Below, one piece after another: positions 1 through 9,936 of a stretch of 64,000 nucleotides of DNA (positions are counted from its first letter, which is position 1; the number at the start of each line of letters is the position of its first letter). Both the position numbers and the translations under genes were made by a program. The notes beneath the pieces are model-generated. The model ran no database searches, had not been told where the DNA came from, and saw nothing but the letters and a program-made list of their open reading frames with translations. Origin of the DNA: an uncultured Solirubrobacterales bacterium (GTDB lineage Bacteria; Actinomycetota; Thermoleophilia; Solirubrobacterales; 70-9); assembly GCA_963739855.1 (NCBI GenBank), contig CAVUBT010000002.1, positions 124,613 to 188,612 on the forward strand. Reading direction: 5' to 3'.

Positions 1-267
1 GATGGCATCGCCCGTCACGAACGGCTGATTGCCTACCTTTGCGAGGGGCTCGTCCCCGGCCGCGCGGAGCGCCCGGAGGGCGAGCGCCTGCCGGACATCA
101 TCGAGCGGGCGCTGGCGAGCGGCGTTGTGATGCTGGTCGCCCAGCGCGTCGACCGGGGCAAGGAGAAGGAGCTCCCGGCCATCGCCGGCGAAGCGATTCA
201 GTTCGTGCTCACGCCCTACCTCGGCGCCGACGAGGCTCGCCGCATCGGCGCCGAGTCTGCGACCTGA
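1..267 (+). CDS. hypothetical protein, C-terminal fragment (5' end outside window)
   Basis: Frame 1 is open from the window edge to TGA 265-267 (...AIQFVLTPYLGADEARRIGAESAT*) with GC3-rich codons. No family recognised. The listed 39..329 ORF is a different Arg/Pro-rich frame and is rejected. Confidence 0.45.
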   Translation, partial: DGIARHERLIAYLCEGLVPGRAERPEGERLPDIIERALASGVVMLVAQRVDRGKEKELPAIAGEAIQFVLTPYLGADEARRIGAESAT

Positions 268-268
268 A

Positions 269-340
269 TGGGCACGGCTGGTTTCGAACCAGCGACCTCT
301 CGCGTGTGAAGCGAGCGCTCTCCCACTGAGCTACGCGCCC
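269..340 (-). tRNA. tRNA-Val (anticodon CAC)
   Basis: The reverse complement folds as a cloverleaf: acceptor GGGCGCG/CGTGCCC (one G-U), D arm GCTC-AGTGGGA-GAGC, anticodon arm CTCGC-TTCACAC-GCGAG, T arm GCTGG-TTCGAAA-CCAGC, discriminator A. It is 72 nt and CCA is not encoded. Confidence 0.95.
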
Positions 341-501
341 GGGAGAGCGGAATCTTACGCGGATCCCCGGGGGCGGGGAGGGGCCTTGGGAGCTATTTGA
401 AGCCGATGGTCGGAATAGAATAGTCGTCCATAAAATTAGGTATATGCCTTGAGATTTTTAAGTATGCGGAAAAGACATCCTGCGCTACCGAAGGAGAAGC
501 G

Positions 502-1557
502 ATGCGATCCGCAAGAAGAAATACGCGAATGCTTTCCGCCGTCTGCTGCGCGGCCCTCGCCGCCACCTGTCTGGTGGCCGGCTCGGCTCAGGCGGCCACC
601 TATCCCTCTGGAGGCGGCGCCTTCAACGGCGGCCTCGAAGGTTGGACGACGCCGGCCAAACCCACCTGCAACATCCCGCTGATGGGTCTCTGCACGACCA
701 CGGCGGGATACGACGGCGAAAACGGGAATCCGGCCGGCTCGCTGGCGGCGAACACGACGATCCTGCTCAACCTCGGGGGCCTATTCAAAGCCACCGCGGC
801 CTTCCAGTCGCCGAACTTCACGGCGAGCGAAGGTGGCGCCGCGACGCTGCACGTCGATCGCGAGCTCGCCTCGGGGAACCTCCTCGATCTGCAGCCCAGC
901 GCCACCTACGTGGTGAAGCTGATCGACCGCAGCACCGGCACCAGCTCGGAAGCGATCACCGACTCGGTGGGCGTTGCCAACACCGCCTTCACGGGCAAGG
1001 ACGGCGCGGCGACGCTGGTCGCCGGCCATATCTACGCGATCTCGATCGACGCCGAAACCAGCTCCTCGCTGGCCAATGTCGGGCTGCTGGGCTCAACCGC
1101 CCTGCGCTTCGACAACGTCTCGCTTACCGTCGGCGCCTCTGGTGGCGGCGGGGGTAACGGGGGCGGAGGCAAGGGCGGCGACAGTGGCAGCGGAGGCGGT
1201 GCCGGCAACGGCGCCAACGGCCTCTCCGACAGCCGGCTGCTCTCGCTGCTGCAGGCGGGCGGCGCCGGCACGGCCGTCCTCAAAGGTAAGCGGCTGTTCG
1301 TCAAGACCCCCTGCCCGGCCGGGGTCGGCAGCAGTTGCCGGGTCTCGATCCAGGGCCTGCTGAAGAAGAGCAAGCCCGCCACCGCCAAGCGCACCAGCAG
1401 GGTCGCCAAGGGCAGGGCGAAGACGCTGGTGCTGAAGGTGAAGCCGAAGGCCAAGGCCAGGCTCGCCAAGAGCAAGCGACTCCTCTTCAAGGAGTCGGTC
1501 AAGGCCGGCCAGGCCAAGGCGACGGTCTACAAGCGGCTGAAGCTGATCCGCCGCTAA
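502..1557 (+). CDS. secreted hypothetical protein (signal peptide, Gly-rich block, Lys/Arg-rich tail)
   Basis: ATG 502 is preceded by a GAAGGAGAAG SD. Signal peptide ...LVAGSAQA/AT, a GGGGGNGGGGKGGDSGSGGGAG block and a basic C-terminal tail. No family recognised. Confidence 0.7.
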   Translation: MRSARRNTRMLSAVCCAALAATCLVAGSAQAATYPSGGGAFNGGLEGWTTPAKPTCNIPLMGLCTTTAGYDGENGNPAGSLAANTTILLNLGGLFKATAAFQSPNFTASEGGAATLHVDRELASGNLLDLQPSATYVVKLIDRSTGTSSEAITDSVGVANTAFTGKDGAATLVAGHIYAISIDAETSSSLANVGLLGSTALRFDNVSLTVGASGGGGGNGGGGKGGDSGSGGGAGNGANGLSDSRLLSLLQAGGAGTAVLKGKRLFVKTPCPAGVGSSCRVSIQGLLKKSKPATAKRTSRVAKGRAKTLVLKVKPKAKARLAKSKRLLFKESVKAGQAKATVYKRLKLIRR

Positions 1558-2822
1558 CCGGCCAGGCCCGGCTGGGCGATGGGTCCTTCCCCGAGCGGGG
1601 AGGGGTCCTCGTCCGGCGGCTCGGCCTCGCGCTCTTCTTCCTCGCTGCGCTTGCGCAGGGCGAGGCCGACGAAGGGGAAGACGAGCGTCGAGAGCATCGC
1701 CGCGCCGACCAGTCCCGCCGCGGTCGACGTCTCCATGTGGTCGGTCTCGATCGCGATCGTCGTGATCGCCACCACCAGCGGCAGCTCGGTCGCCGAGTAG
1801 AAGGCGAGGGCGGCGCGGTCGCGGGCGCCGAGCACGCCGCGGTAGAGCAGCAACGCCGGGGTGCCGCGGACGACCAGGAAGAGGGCGAAGAACATCGCCA
1901 ACTTCAGCATCGCCCCGAGCGAGCCGAGCGCGTCGAGATCGAAGGCGATGCCGCTGGTGACGAAGAAGAACGGCACGAAGAAGCCGAACCCGACCGCGGT
2001 CAGCTTCGACTCGAAGACCTGCAGCTCGTGGCCCTGCAGCGCCACCCGCACGATCATCCCGGCGACGAAGCCGCCGAGCAGGATGTCGAGGCCGAGCTTG
2101 CCGGCGAGCAGGACGAGGCCGAAGACGAGGACGACGGTGACCCGCACCGCCAGCTGGCTGCTCGACTCGAAGGTCCGTTCCAGCGCCGGCCAGCCGCGCC
2201 AGGCATAGCGCACCGACAGCAGCGCCAGAGCCAGCGCCAGGGCGATGAAGGCGAGCAGGATCGCCGACTCGTGCAGGGGGCTGGCGGTCGAGAGGACCAG
2301 GGTGACCAGCAGGATCGGGCCGAACTCGCCGGCGCCGCCGGCGGCCAGTAGGTAGGTCCCGAACTTGGTCTTGAGCTCGCCGTTGTCGCGCAGGATCGGG
2401 ATCAGCGTGCCGATCGCCGTCGTCGCCATCGCCGAGCCGGTGTAGAGGAAGGAGACGACGACCCCGGCTGCCGCGAGCAGGCCGCCGATCCCGTAGGCGA
2501 GGGCGACCGAGAGCAGCCAGCCCCAGGCGCCGAGCTTCATCGGCCTGCCTTTGATCCGGTTGAAGTCGATCTCGTAGCCGGCGAAGAAGAACAGCATCCC
2601 CAGCCCGAGGTTGGAGAAGAATTCGATGAACTCGTCGCTGTGGGCGAGGCCGAGGAGCTGCGGGCCGATGACGATTCCCAGCAGCAGCTCCAGCACCACG
2701 ACCGGGGGCGCGAAGCGTTTCGGCACCACCGCCACGGTGATCGCGGAGATCGCCGCGACGACGACGATCGCGAAGAAGGACCCGGTGTCGACCTCTATCG
2801 CGGCTGTCGGCAGGGCGATCAA
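1554..2822 (-). CDS. cation:proton antiporter (Na+/H+ exchanger / CPA2-type family)
   Basis: 422-aa polytopic membrane protein with a TTG start. The ...VVVLELLLGIVIGPQLLGL... and ...GLGMLFFFAGYEID... motifs are typical of the Na_H_Exchanger family. Confidence 0.8.
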   Translation of the reverse strand: MIALPTAAIEVDTGSFFAIVVVAAISAITVAVVPKRFAPPVVVLELLLGIVIGPQLLGLAHSDEFIEFFSNLGLGMLFFFAGYEIDFNRIKGRPMKLGAWGWLLSVALAYGIGGLLAAAGVVVSFLYTGSAMATTAIGTLIPILRDNGELKTKFGTYLLAAGGAGEFGPILLVTLVLSTASPLHESAILLAFIALALALALLSVRYAWRGWPALERTFESSSQLAVRVTVVLVFGLVLLAGKLGLDILLGGFVAGMIVRVALQGHELQVFESKLTAVGFGFFVPFFFVTSGIAFDLDALGSLGAMLKLAMFFALFLVVRGTPALLLYRGVLGARDRAALAFYSATELPLVVAITTIAIETDHMETSTAAGLVGAAMLSTLVFPFVGLALRKRSEEEEREAEPPDEDPSPLGEGPIAQPGLAG

Positions 2823-2861
2823 GGGCGTGATCCTACGGCCGGCAGGGTAAGATCGTCAGCG

Positions 2862-3129
2862 GACCGTGCTAGGCGGGGAGTTAGCGGTGCCTTGTCACCC
2901 GCAATCCGCTTTAGCGGGGCCGAATCCCGTTCCGAGGAGCTGGCCGTCGGGGTCAGTGCGTCGCGGCGGCGTTGACGGTCGGGTCCTGCGCGACGTGGGC
3001 ACGCGAATCAGGTCAGGTCCGGAAGGAAGCAGCCTTAAGCGGATGCCGCGGGTGCCGCAGGTGAGCCCGGCAGGAGCCAAAAACGACGGACACGCCCGGT
3101 GACCTCGCTTCGAAGGCGGGTGCACGGTC
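2862..3129 (+). ncRNA. ffs: signal recognition particle RNA, long Bacillus-type with Alu domain
   Basis: Conserved domain IV motif CAGGTCAGGTCCGGAAGGAAGCAGCC at 3009-3034. The 5' Alu-domain block GTGCTAGGCGGGGAGTTAGCGGTGCC...GCAATCCGCT..GGGGCCGAATCCC matches my recollection of B. subtilis scRNA. Terminal helix GACCGTGC (2862-2869) pairs with GCACGGTC (3122-3129). Confidence 0.9.
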
Positions 3130-3140
3130 CATATTTCTTT

Positions 3141-3186
3141 CGCAGCCGACTTTTACCCCAGCAGAGTGGGGTCAAGGTCGGCTGCG
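3141..3186. terminator. compound GC-rich hairpin between SRP RNA (+) and the ABC-2 operon (-)
   Basis: CGCAGCCGAC (3141-3150) pairs with GTCGGCTGCG (3177-3186), with an inner ACCCCA-GCAGAG-TGGGGT hairpin. CTTTC follows on the + strand. Confidence 0.5.
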
Positions 3187-3203
3187 GCTTTCAGGCGCGG
3201 CGC

Positions 3204-4000
3204 TCAGTCGATCAGTCGCTTGCGCATGCGGCTGATTGCGACGCGCCAGGTGACGAAGGCGAAGGCGAGGAGGAAGGCGAAGCGGGCGATGTCGACCGGC
3301 TCGAAGCCGAAGGCGCCGCCGCGGACCAGTTCGACCAGCTGGTGCAGCGGATTGATTTGGGCGACGACCTGGACGCCCTCGGGCAGGCCGGAGATCGGGA
3401 AGAAGGTGCCGGCGACCAGGAACAGGGGCGTGACGAAGAGCGCGGTCACGTAGTTGAACTGGTCGATCTTGGCGACGGTCGCCGCCATCGCCACGCCGAA
3501 GCCGGAGAAGCCGAGCGCGGTGACGAAGGCGAAGATCGGGACCAGCAGCATTCCCGGCGCCGGGTCCAGCCCCCAGAAGAAGGTGACGATCAACGGCACG
3601 CAGCCGTAGATGGCGGAGCGGGCGGCGATCCACAGCATCTCCGCCGTGACCAGCTCTTCGACGTCGACCGGCGCCGCCAGGATCGCTTCGTAGGTGTTCT
3701 GGAAGCGGTGCTTGACGAAGGTGCCGAACATCGAGGGCAGGGCGCTGGAGAAGATGACGGCGGTCGCGACCATGCCGGTGCCGACGAACTGGATGTAGGG
3801 GATGCCTTCGACTTCGTCGACCAGGGTGGCGCCGAGGCCGAGCCCGAAGGCCAGCAGGTAGACCAGCGGTTCCAGCACGCTGGAGAAGGTGGTCCCCTTC
3901 CAGTAGGTGCGGAAGTTGGCGACCTCGCGGCTCATCACGCCGGCGATCGCCGCCGGTTCCAGCCGCCGCATCGTCCGCGGGCGAGCCTGGGTCTCGGCGC

Positions 4001-4004
<4 letters not shown>
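3204..4004 (-). CDS. ABC-2 type transporter permease
   Basis: 266-aa, six-TM-like protein whose N-terminus ...REVANFRTYWKGTTFSSVLEPLVYLLAFGLGLG... is typical of ABC-2 (DrrB/NodJ-like) permeases. A 4-nt overlap links it to the upstream ATPase gene. Confidence 0.8.
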
Positions 4005-4909
<905 letters not shown>

Positions 4910-4959
4910 GACCGCCGGGTCGGACTCGCCCCGGCCGCGGAGGATGGAAGACTGGCGGC

Positions 4960-5739
4960 GTGCTGGACGAGCGCTGGATCAGATCGCTGCACGTCGAGTC
5001 GATGCGACGGGCGGACCTGCATGCCGAGCGCGACCCGCACGTGCTCTTCCAGGCCTCGACGATCGGCGCTCTGCTCGACGGTGCCTTCGACGGCGACCTC
5101 AGCTTCGCCGAGCTGGCCGAGCACGGCGACCTCGGGCTGGGGACGCTGAACCGGCTCGACGGCGAGATGATCGCGCTCGACGGCGAGTTCTTCCGCGCCG
5201 ACGTCGATGGCGCCGTGCGCCCGATCGCCGCTGAAGAGAGGACGCCCTTCGCGGTGGTAACCAGGTTCGAAGCGGAGATCGACGCGCCGATCGAGGGCGT
5301 TCTCTCCCAGGCGGAGCTGCTGGCCCGGCTCGACGCGCTGGTTCCAGACGACGCCTCCTCCTGCGCGATCCGGCTCGACGGTCGCTTCCGGTCGCTGCGG
5401 GCGCGTTCGGTCCCGGCCCAGAGCCCGCCCTACCGGCCGTTGGCCGAGGTCGTCGCCGACCAGCACGTCTTCGAGCTGCGCGACGTCGCCGGCACCATGC
5501 TCGGCTTCCGTTTTCCCGCCTACGCCGAGGGGATCGAGGTCGCCGGCTACCACCTCCACTTCATCAGCGAGGACCGCTCGCGCGGCGGCCACGTGCTCGA
5601 CTCGCGCAGCGACGGCCTGCGAGCCCGGCTCGATCCCTCCAACGACCTTCATATAGAGCTGCCGCCGCGGATCGACCTCGGTGACCCCGACCTCGCCGCC
5701 GCAACCCACGCGGCGATCGTGCGCGCCGAGGGCGGCTGA
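4960..5739 (+). CDS. budA: alpha-acetolactate decarboxylase
   Basis: ...LFQASTIGALLDGAFDGDLSFAELAEHGDLGLGTLNRLDGEMIALDGEFF... matches the AlsD/BudA family signature. The start is GTG 4960 or ATG 5002. Confidence 0.8.
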   Translation: MLDERWIRSLHVESMRRADLHAERDPHVLFQASTIGALLDGAFDGDLSFAELAEHGDLGLGTLNRLDGEMIALDGEFFRADVDGAVRPIAAEERTPFAVVTRFEAEIDAPIEGVLSQAELLARLDALVPDDASSCAIRLDGRFRSLRARSVPAQSPPYRPLAEVVADQHVFELRDVAGTMLGFRFPAYAEGIEVAGYHLHFISEDRSRGGHVLDSRSDGLRARLDPSNDLHIELPPRIDLGDPDLAAATHAAIVRAEGG

Positions 5740-5806
5740 CGCCGGGCCGCCGCGGGCGATTTCCTGCAGCGCTCAAGCCCCCCGGCCTACCGCCGATAGG
5801 GCAGCG

Positions 5807-6331
5807 ATGCGCCGCGCCCATCTCACCTCCCTGCGTTCGCTCGCCGTTACAGCGCTGCTCGTGGCGCTGATCGCCACCGCGGCGCTGGCTCCGAGCGCGG
5901 GCGCCAGCCGCACCACCGCCGTCATCCCCAACGGCACCTACGGGGTGCAGGGGCCGCGCGGCGAGTACGTCGTCTTCATCGTTCGCGACCGCAAGGTGCG
6001 CAACCTCAACTTCAACATCCAGGTCACCTGCCAGGCCTCCGACTCGCCGATCAGCGAACAGCGCTTCTTCAGCGCCGGGGCCGACGCGCCGCAGGGCCGC
6101 CGGATTCCCGACAGCGGCAAGCTGATCCTCAACTGGCAGGAGCGCGGCAACGGGCGGCTCGGGCAGGTTCATGTCGAACTCAAGTTCGGCGTCCGCGACG
6201 TCGCCAACTTCGGCGTCATCGTGCCGGAGGAGTCGTCGCCGGAACCGGTTCCCGACGAAGCGCTCGAGAGCTGCGATGGCGTCAGCGCCCTGCGCTTCCA
6301 CCGCGGCTTCGAGCTGACGCCGATTCCCTAA
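5807..6331 (+). CDS. secreted hypothetical protein
   Basis: In-frame ATG at 5807 gives the signal peptide MRRAHLTSLRSLAVTALLVALIATAALAPSAGA. The upstream part of the listed 5681 ORF overlaps budA. Confidence 0.6.
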   Translation: MRRAHLTSLRSLAVTALLVALIATAALAPSAGASRTTAVIPNGTYGVQGPRGEYVVFIVRDRKVRNLNFNIQVTCQASDSPISEQRFFSAGADAPQGRRIPDSGKLILNWQERGNGRLGQVHVELKFGVRDVANFGVIVPEESSPEPVPDEALESCDGVSALRFHRGFELTPIP

Positions 6332-6336
6332 AACGG

Positions 6337-7824
6337 CTAGCAGCGCCGGTAGACCTTCCAGGACTCGTTGCGGGCGACCTGACGGAAACCGGGGGGGACC
6401 TCGGGCGAGAAGCGGGTCGGGTCCCTGGGGTCGAGGATGAAGTTGTGGATCACGAACTCGCTGGCCGGGGCGACGAAGTAGCCATGGCTGGGGATGCCTT
6501 CCTCGCTGGCGCTGACGATCTCGGTCGGCTTCACGTCGAGGCCGAAGGCGAGGCGGGGGACGGCGCGGTGGTTGGGCACGGCGACCGGGCCGCAGAGCGG
6601 CTCGAAGGCGCCGGCGTCGACCAGGTCGGTCAAATCTGACTCGATGCGGGCCTGGTTGGTGAGGTCGGTGTCGACCTGGGAGTCGAGGTCCCATTGGTTG
6701 GGGAGCCAGACGACGAACATCAGCGCGACCAGGCCGGCGAAGAGCTGCCAGCGGTGGCGCCAGCGGTGGCCGGGCTCCAGCAGCCGCCAGCCGAGCAGGG
6801 CGAGGGCGACGAAGATCGCCAGGATCGCGGCCGCCAGCATCGTGTAGCGGGCGAGGATCGCCAGGCCCGCCGCGGCCAGCAGCGCGAAGGCGGCGAGGGC
6901 GAGGACGGCGGCGGCGATGCCGAGGGCCGAGCGCCGCCGCAGAAAGGCGAAGCCGAGGACGACGCCGCCCAGCGCCCCGACCATCCCCGGCCACTGCAGC
7001 ACTTCGCCGAGCGCTCGCGGCCCGTAGAGGACGAGGTCGACCGGCCCGGTGTGCCGCTTCAGCGTTTCCACCGTTTCCTGGGTGCCGGTCAGCGAGTAGA
7101 GCAGGTTGCCGGTGGTGATCGCGTCGAAGAGGACCCAGAGCACCGGTCCGGCGGCGGCGAGCGCGGCGAGCCAAACCAGCTCCCAACCCGAACGCTCCCC
7201 CCGCAACAGCCCGTCGATGGGCCGGAAACGTCCAAATGACGGACGTTTCCGGCCCATCGACCCCCAATCAATGGCGAGGTGGAGCCAGTAGGCGCCGGCG
7301 AAGAGCCAGGCCTCGGGGCGGAGCAGGCCCGCCGGGACCAGTAGGGCTAGGACCGGCCAGCCGGCACGCGGGCGTTTCGCCTCGACGAGGAGGGCGGCGA
7401 GGCAGAAGGCGATGTAGGGGAGGTCGATGTAGGCGCGCAGGCCGTTGGAGAGGAAGGGCGCCCGGGTCAGCACGATCGCGGCGGCGACGGCGCCGATCCA
7501 GCGGTCGAACCAGAGGCTGCCGAGGCGGTAGACGAAGTAGCCGATCAGGCCCAGCGAGGCGTAGGCGATGACCATCGTCACCGTGATCGCGCCGGCGCCC
7601 AGCGGCGTCGTCACCAGGCCGATCAGGTCGGTCAGCGGATGCGGGGTGGGGGGCAGGGCGGAGCCGTAGTCCGGGCTCGCTCCGTGCGCCAGTTCGCGCC
7701 CCCAGACGAGGGCGTAGATCGTGTCGTAGTTGGGGAAGCCGGCCGGGAAGACGAGCAGCAGCGCCGCCGTCACCGCGGCGACCCAGGCGGCCGGCGTCAG
7801 CCAGCTGGAGACCCTCGGTGGCAC
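6337..7824 (-). CDS. polytopic membrane protein, probable GT-C-fold glycosyltransferase (ArnT/PMT-like)
   Basis: Only the C-terminal ~495 codons of the listed 808-aa ORF look genuine, with more than 10 hydrophobic helices. The rest is antisense to dnaX. GTG at 7824 is the proposed start and is uncertain. Confidence 0.6.
   Translation of the reverse strand: MPPRVSSWLTPAAWVAAVTAALLLVFPAGFPNYDTIYALVWGRELAHGASPDYGSALPPTPHPLTDLIGLVTTPLGAGAITVTMVIAYASLGLIGYFVYRLGSLWFDRWIGAVAAAIVLTRAPFLSNGLRAYIDLPYIAFCLAALLVEAKRPRAGWPVLALLVPAGLLRPEAWLFAGAYWLHLAIDWGSMGRKRPSFGRFRPIDGLLRGERSGWELVWLAALAAAGPVLWVLFDAITTGNLLYSLTGTQETVETLKRHTGPVDLVLYGPRALGEVLQWPGMVGALGGVVLGFAFLRRRSALGIAAAVLALAAFALLAAAGLAILARYTMLAAAILAIFVALALLGWRLLEPGHRWRHRWQLFAGLVALMFVVWLPNQWDLDSQVDTDLTNQARIESDLTDLVDAGAFEPLCGPVAVPNHRAVPRLAFGLDVKPTEIVSASEEGIPSHGYFVAPASEFVIHNFILDPRDPTRFSPEVPPGFRQVARNESWKVYRRC
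7213..7261. repeat. perfect 21-bp-arm palindrome inside the 6337-7824 CDS
   Basis: GTCGATGGGCCGGAAACGTCC (7213-7233), loop AAATGAC, GGACGTTTCCGGCCCATCGAC (7241-7261), with no mismatch. It encodes ...SMGRKRPSFGRFRPID... in frame. Confidence 0.95.
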
Positions 7825-7893
7825 CGGCGCACGGTATCGGCGCGGCCCCCGGAGGCGCCGCCGGGCCGTGGATACACTGGATCGAGTCCCCCG

Positions 7894-9588
7894 ATGACCG
7901 AGTCGACCTCCCTCTACCGCCGCCACCGCCCGGGCTCCTTCGACGAGGTCGTCGGGCAGCAGCACGTGGTCCGCACCCTGCGCAACGCGGTCGAGCAGGA
8001 CAAGGTCCACCACGCCTACCTCTTCGTCGGCTCGCGCGGGACCGGCAAGACCTCGATGGCGAAGATCCTCGCCCGCTCGCTCAACTGCGAGCGCGGCGGG
8101 CCGACGGTCACCCCCTGCGGCGAATGCGAGTCCTGCGTGACGATCGCCGCCGGCACCTCGATCGACGTGATCGAGATGGACGCCGCCTCCAACCGTTCCG
8201 TCGACGACGTCCGCGACCTGCGCGAGCGGGTGGCCTACGCCCCCGCCGGCGGCCACTGGAAGGTCTACATCCTCGACGAGGCGCACATGCTGACCAAAGA
8301 GGCCTGGAACGCCTTTCTGAAGACGCTCGAGGAGCCGCCGCCGAAAACCGTCTTCGTGCTCGCCACCACCGAGTCGCACAAGGTGATGGCGACGATCGCC
8401 GACCGCTGCCAGCGCTTCGACTTCCAGCGCCCCTCGCTGGAGCAGATTTCCGAGGTGCTGAACCGGGTCGCGGTCGAGGAGTCGATCGAGGTCGACGCGG
8501 GCGCCGTGGCGACGATCGCCCGCTCCGCCTCCGGCAGCTTCCGCGACGCGCTCGGCACGCTCGACCAGCTGGTCGCCTTTGGCGGCAACAAGGTCGGCCT
8601 CGACGAGGTGCTGGAGATGCTTGGCGCCGCCGATGCCGAGCTGCTCTTCGACGCCGTCGACGCGGTCGTCGCCGAGGACCCCAAGGCGGTTCTGCTCGGG
8701 GTCGAGAAGATGGCCCGCTCCGGCCGCGACCCCTCCCAGTTCGCCCGCGACCTGCTTGCCCACCTGCGCTTCCTGCTGGTCACCCAGACGACCGGCGAGG
8801 TACCGACCTCTTTTGTGGTGACGGCGACCGACTCGGCCCGCCTGCAGAGCCAGGCAGCCGCCGTCGGCACGGCCAGCCTGATCCGCACGATCGACGAGCT
8901 GGCGACGGCGCTGACCGCCGTCCGCGAGGGCGACGATGCGCGCATGGCGGTCGAGATCGCGCTGCTCAAAGCGGCGCGGCCGGATCTGGATCCGTCGACC
9001 GAGGGATTGCTGCGTCGGATTGAGCGGTTGGAGGGACAGCTTGCGTCGGGCGGTGGCAATCGGCCCGCGGGTCCTGTCGCTGCAGAATCGCCTGCGCAGG
9101 ACGATTCGGCTCCGGTTGCTGAAGAGGACGCTGAGACCGAAGAGTCGAGTGAGCCAGAGGGCGCGGAAGTGGATAGCCCAGAGCCGGAGCCGGAGGCTCA
9201 GGGGGGCCTCGATCTCGAGAAGCTGAAGCAGGTTTGGCCGGCGGTCCTGGATCAGCTGGCGACGGCGGCTCCAGCGTTGGCGGCGTTCTTCGAGGACGCG
9301 CGGCCCGTTGGGTTCGATGCTGCTGAGAGCGTCGTGGAGGTTTCATTCCCAGCCGGCGCCACCTTCAACAAGCGCAAGGCCGAGACGCCGGAGAATCGGG
9401 AGCGGGTAGCTGAATCGCTGGCGACCGTCACCGGCCAGAGCCTGAAGCCGACTTACGTCCTCCTCGACGGTGAGAGTGAGCCGCCGGTTGAGGCCGAGGC
9501 GCCCGCGCCGGAGACGGATGAGGGACTTAGCGAGGAAGAGCTGCTGGAGCGGCTGAAGAGCGAGTTCGACGCGGAGGAGGTCAGTTAG
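7894..9588 (+). CDS. dnaX: DNA polymerase III subunit gamma/tau
   Basis: MTESTSLYRRHRPGSFDEVVGQQHV..., Walker A GSRGTGKTS, zinc module CGECESC, YILDEAHML, and an acidic C-terminal tail. ATG 7894 is in frame with the listed 7639 ORF. Confidence 0.9.
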   Translation: MTESTSLYRRHRPGSFDEVVGQQHVVRTLRNAVEQDKVHHAYLFVGSRGTGKTSMAKILARSLNCERGGPTVTPCGECESCVTIAAGTSIDVIEMDAASNRSVDDVRDLRERVAYAPAGGHWKVYILDEAHMLTKEAWNAFLKTLEEPPPKTVFVLATTESHKVMATIADRCQRFDFQRPSLEQISEVLNRVAVEESIEVDAGAVATIARSASGSFRDALGTLDQLVAFGGNKVGLDEVLEMLGAADAELLFDAVDAVVAEDPKAVLLGVEKMARSGRDPSQFARDLLAHLRFLLVTQTTGEVPTSFVVTATDSARLQSQAAAVGTASLIRTIDELATALTAVREGDDARMAVEIALLKAARPDLDPSTEGLLRRIERLEGQLASGGGNRPAGPVAAESPAQDDSAPVAEEDAETEESSEPEGAEVDSPEPEPEAQGGLDLEKLKQVWPAVLDQLATAAPALAAFFEDARPVGFDAAESVVEVSFPAGATFNKRKAETPENRERVAESLATVTGQSLKPTYVLLDGESEPPVEAEAPAPETDEGLSEEELLERLKSEFDAEEVS

Positions 9589-9936
9589 GTGACTCGAGGA
9601 GGCGGTCCCGGGGGCTTCGACATGAACGCCCTGATGAAACAGGCGCAGCAGATGCAGGATCAGATGCTGCAGGCGCAGGAGCAGCTCAAAGACGAGGTGG
9701 TCGAGGCCAGCGCCGGCGGCGGCATGGTCAAGGTGAAGGTCGGCGGCGACCTGACGCTGCGCGAGATCGTCATCGACCCCGAGGCGATCGACCCCGAGGA
9801 GGCGGAGCTGCTGGCGGACATGGTGCAGGCGGCGGTCAACGAGGGCCTGCGCGCCGCGCAGGAGCTGGCCAGCTCGAAAATGGGTGGGATCACCGGCGGG
9901 CTCGGCGGCGGCGGCCTGGGGGCCCTGGGGGGTTGA
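9589..9936 (+). CDS. ybaB: YbaB/EbfC family nucleoid-associated protein
   Basis: ...MNALMKQAQQMQDQMLQAQEQL...EASAGGGMVKVKVGGDLTLREIVIDPEAIDPEE.ELLADMV.AAVNEG... GTG start with an AGGAGG SD 9 nt upstream. The dnaX-ybaB-recR order is conserved. Confidence 0.9.
   Translation: MTRGGGPGGFDMNALMKQAQQMQDQMLQAQEQLKDEVVEASAGGGMVKVKVGGDLTLREIVIDPEAIDPEEAELLADMVQAAVNEGLRAAQELASSKMGGITGGLGGGGLGALGG

Noticed and set aside
269-501. tRNA-Val as an integration hotspot or genomic-island border, given the AT-rich stretch at 400-470
   Set aside because: The 3' end of the tRNA abuts a normal CDS, 1 nt from its stop. There is no integrase and no direct repeat of the tRNA 3' end. The AT-rich patch is more simply the promoter region of the 502-1557 gene.
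6337-8763. 808-aa minus-strand ORF treated as a single gene
   Set aside because: Everything upstream of about 7824 is antisense to dnaX and is low-complexity. Only the hydrophobic C-terminal ~495 codons are kept.
7894-9588. Programmed frameshift site in dnaX (an A-rich slippery heptamer, as in E. coli or Thermus)
   Set aside because: No A-run longer than four was seen in the gene. There is nothing to support recoding.
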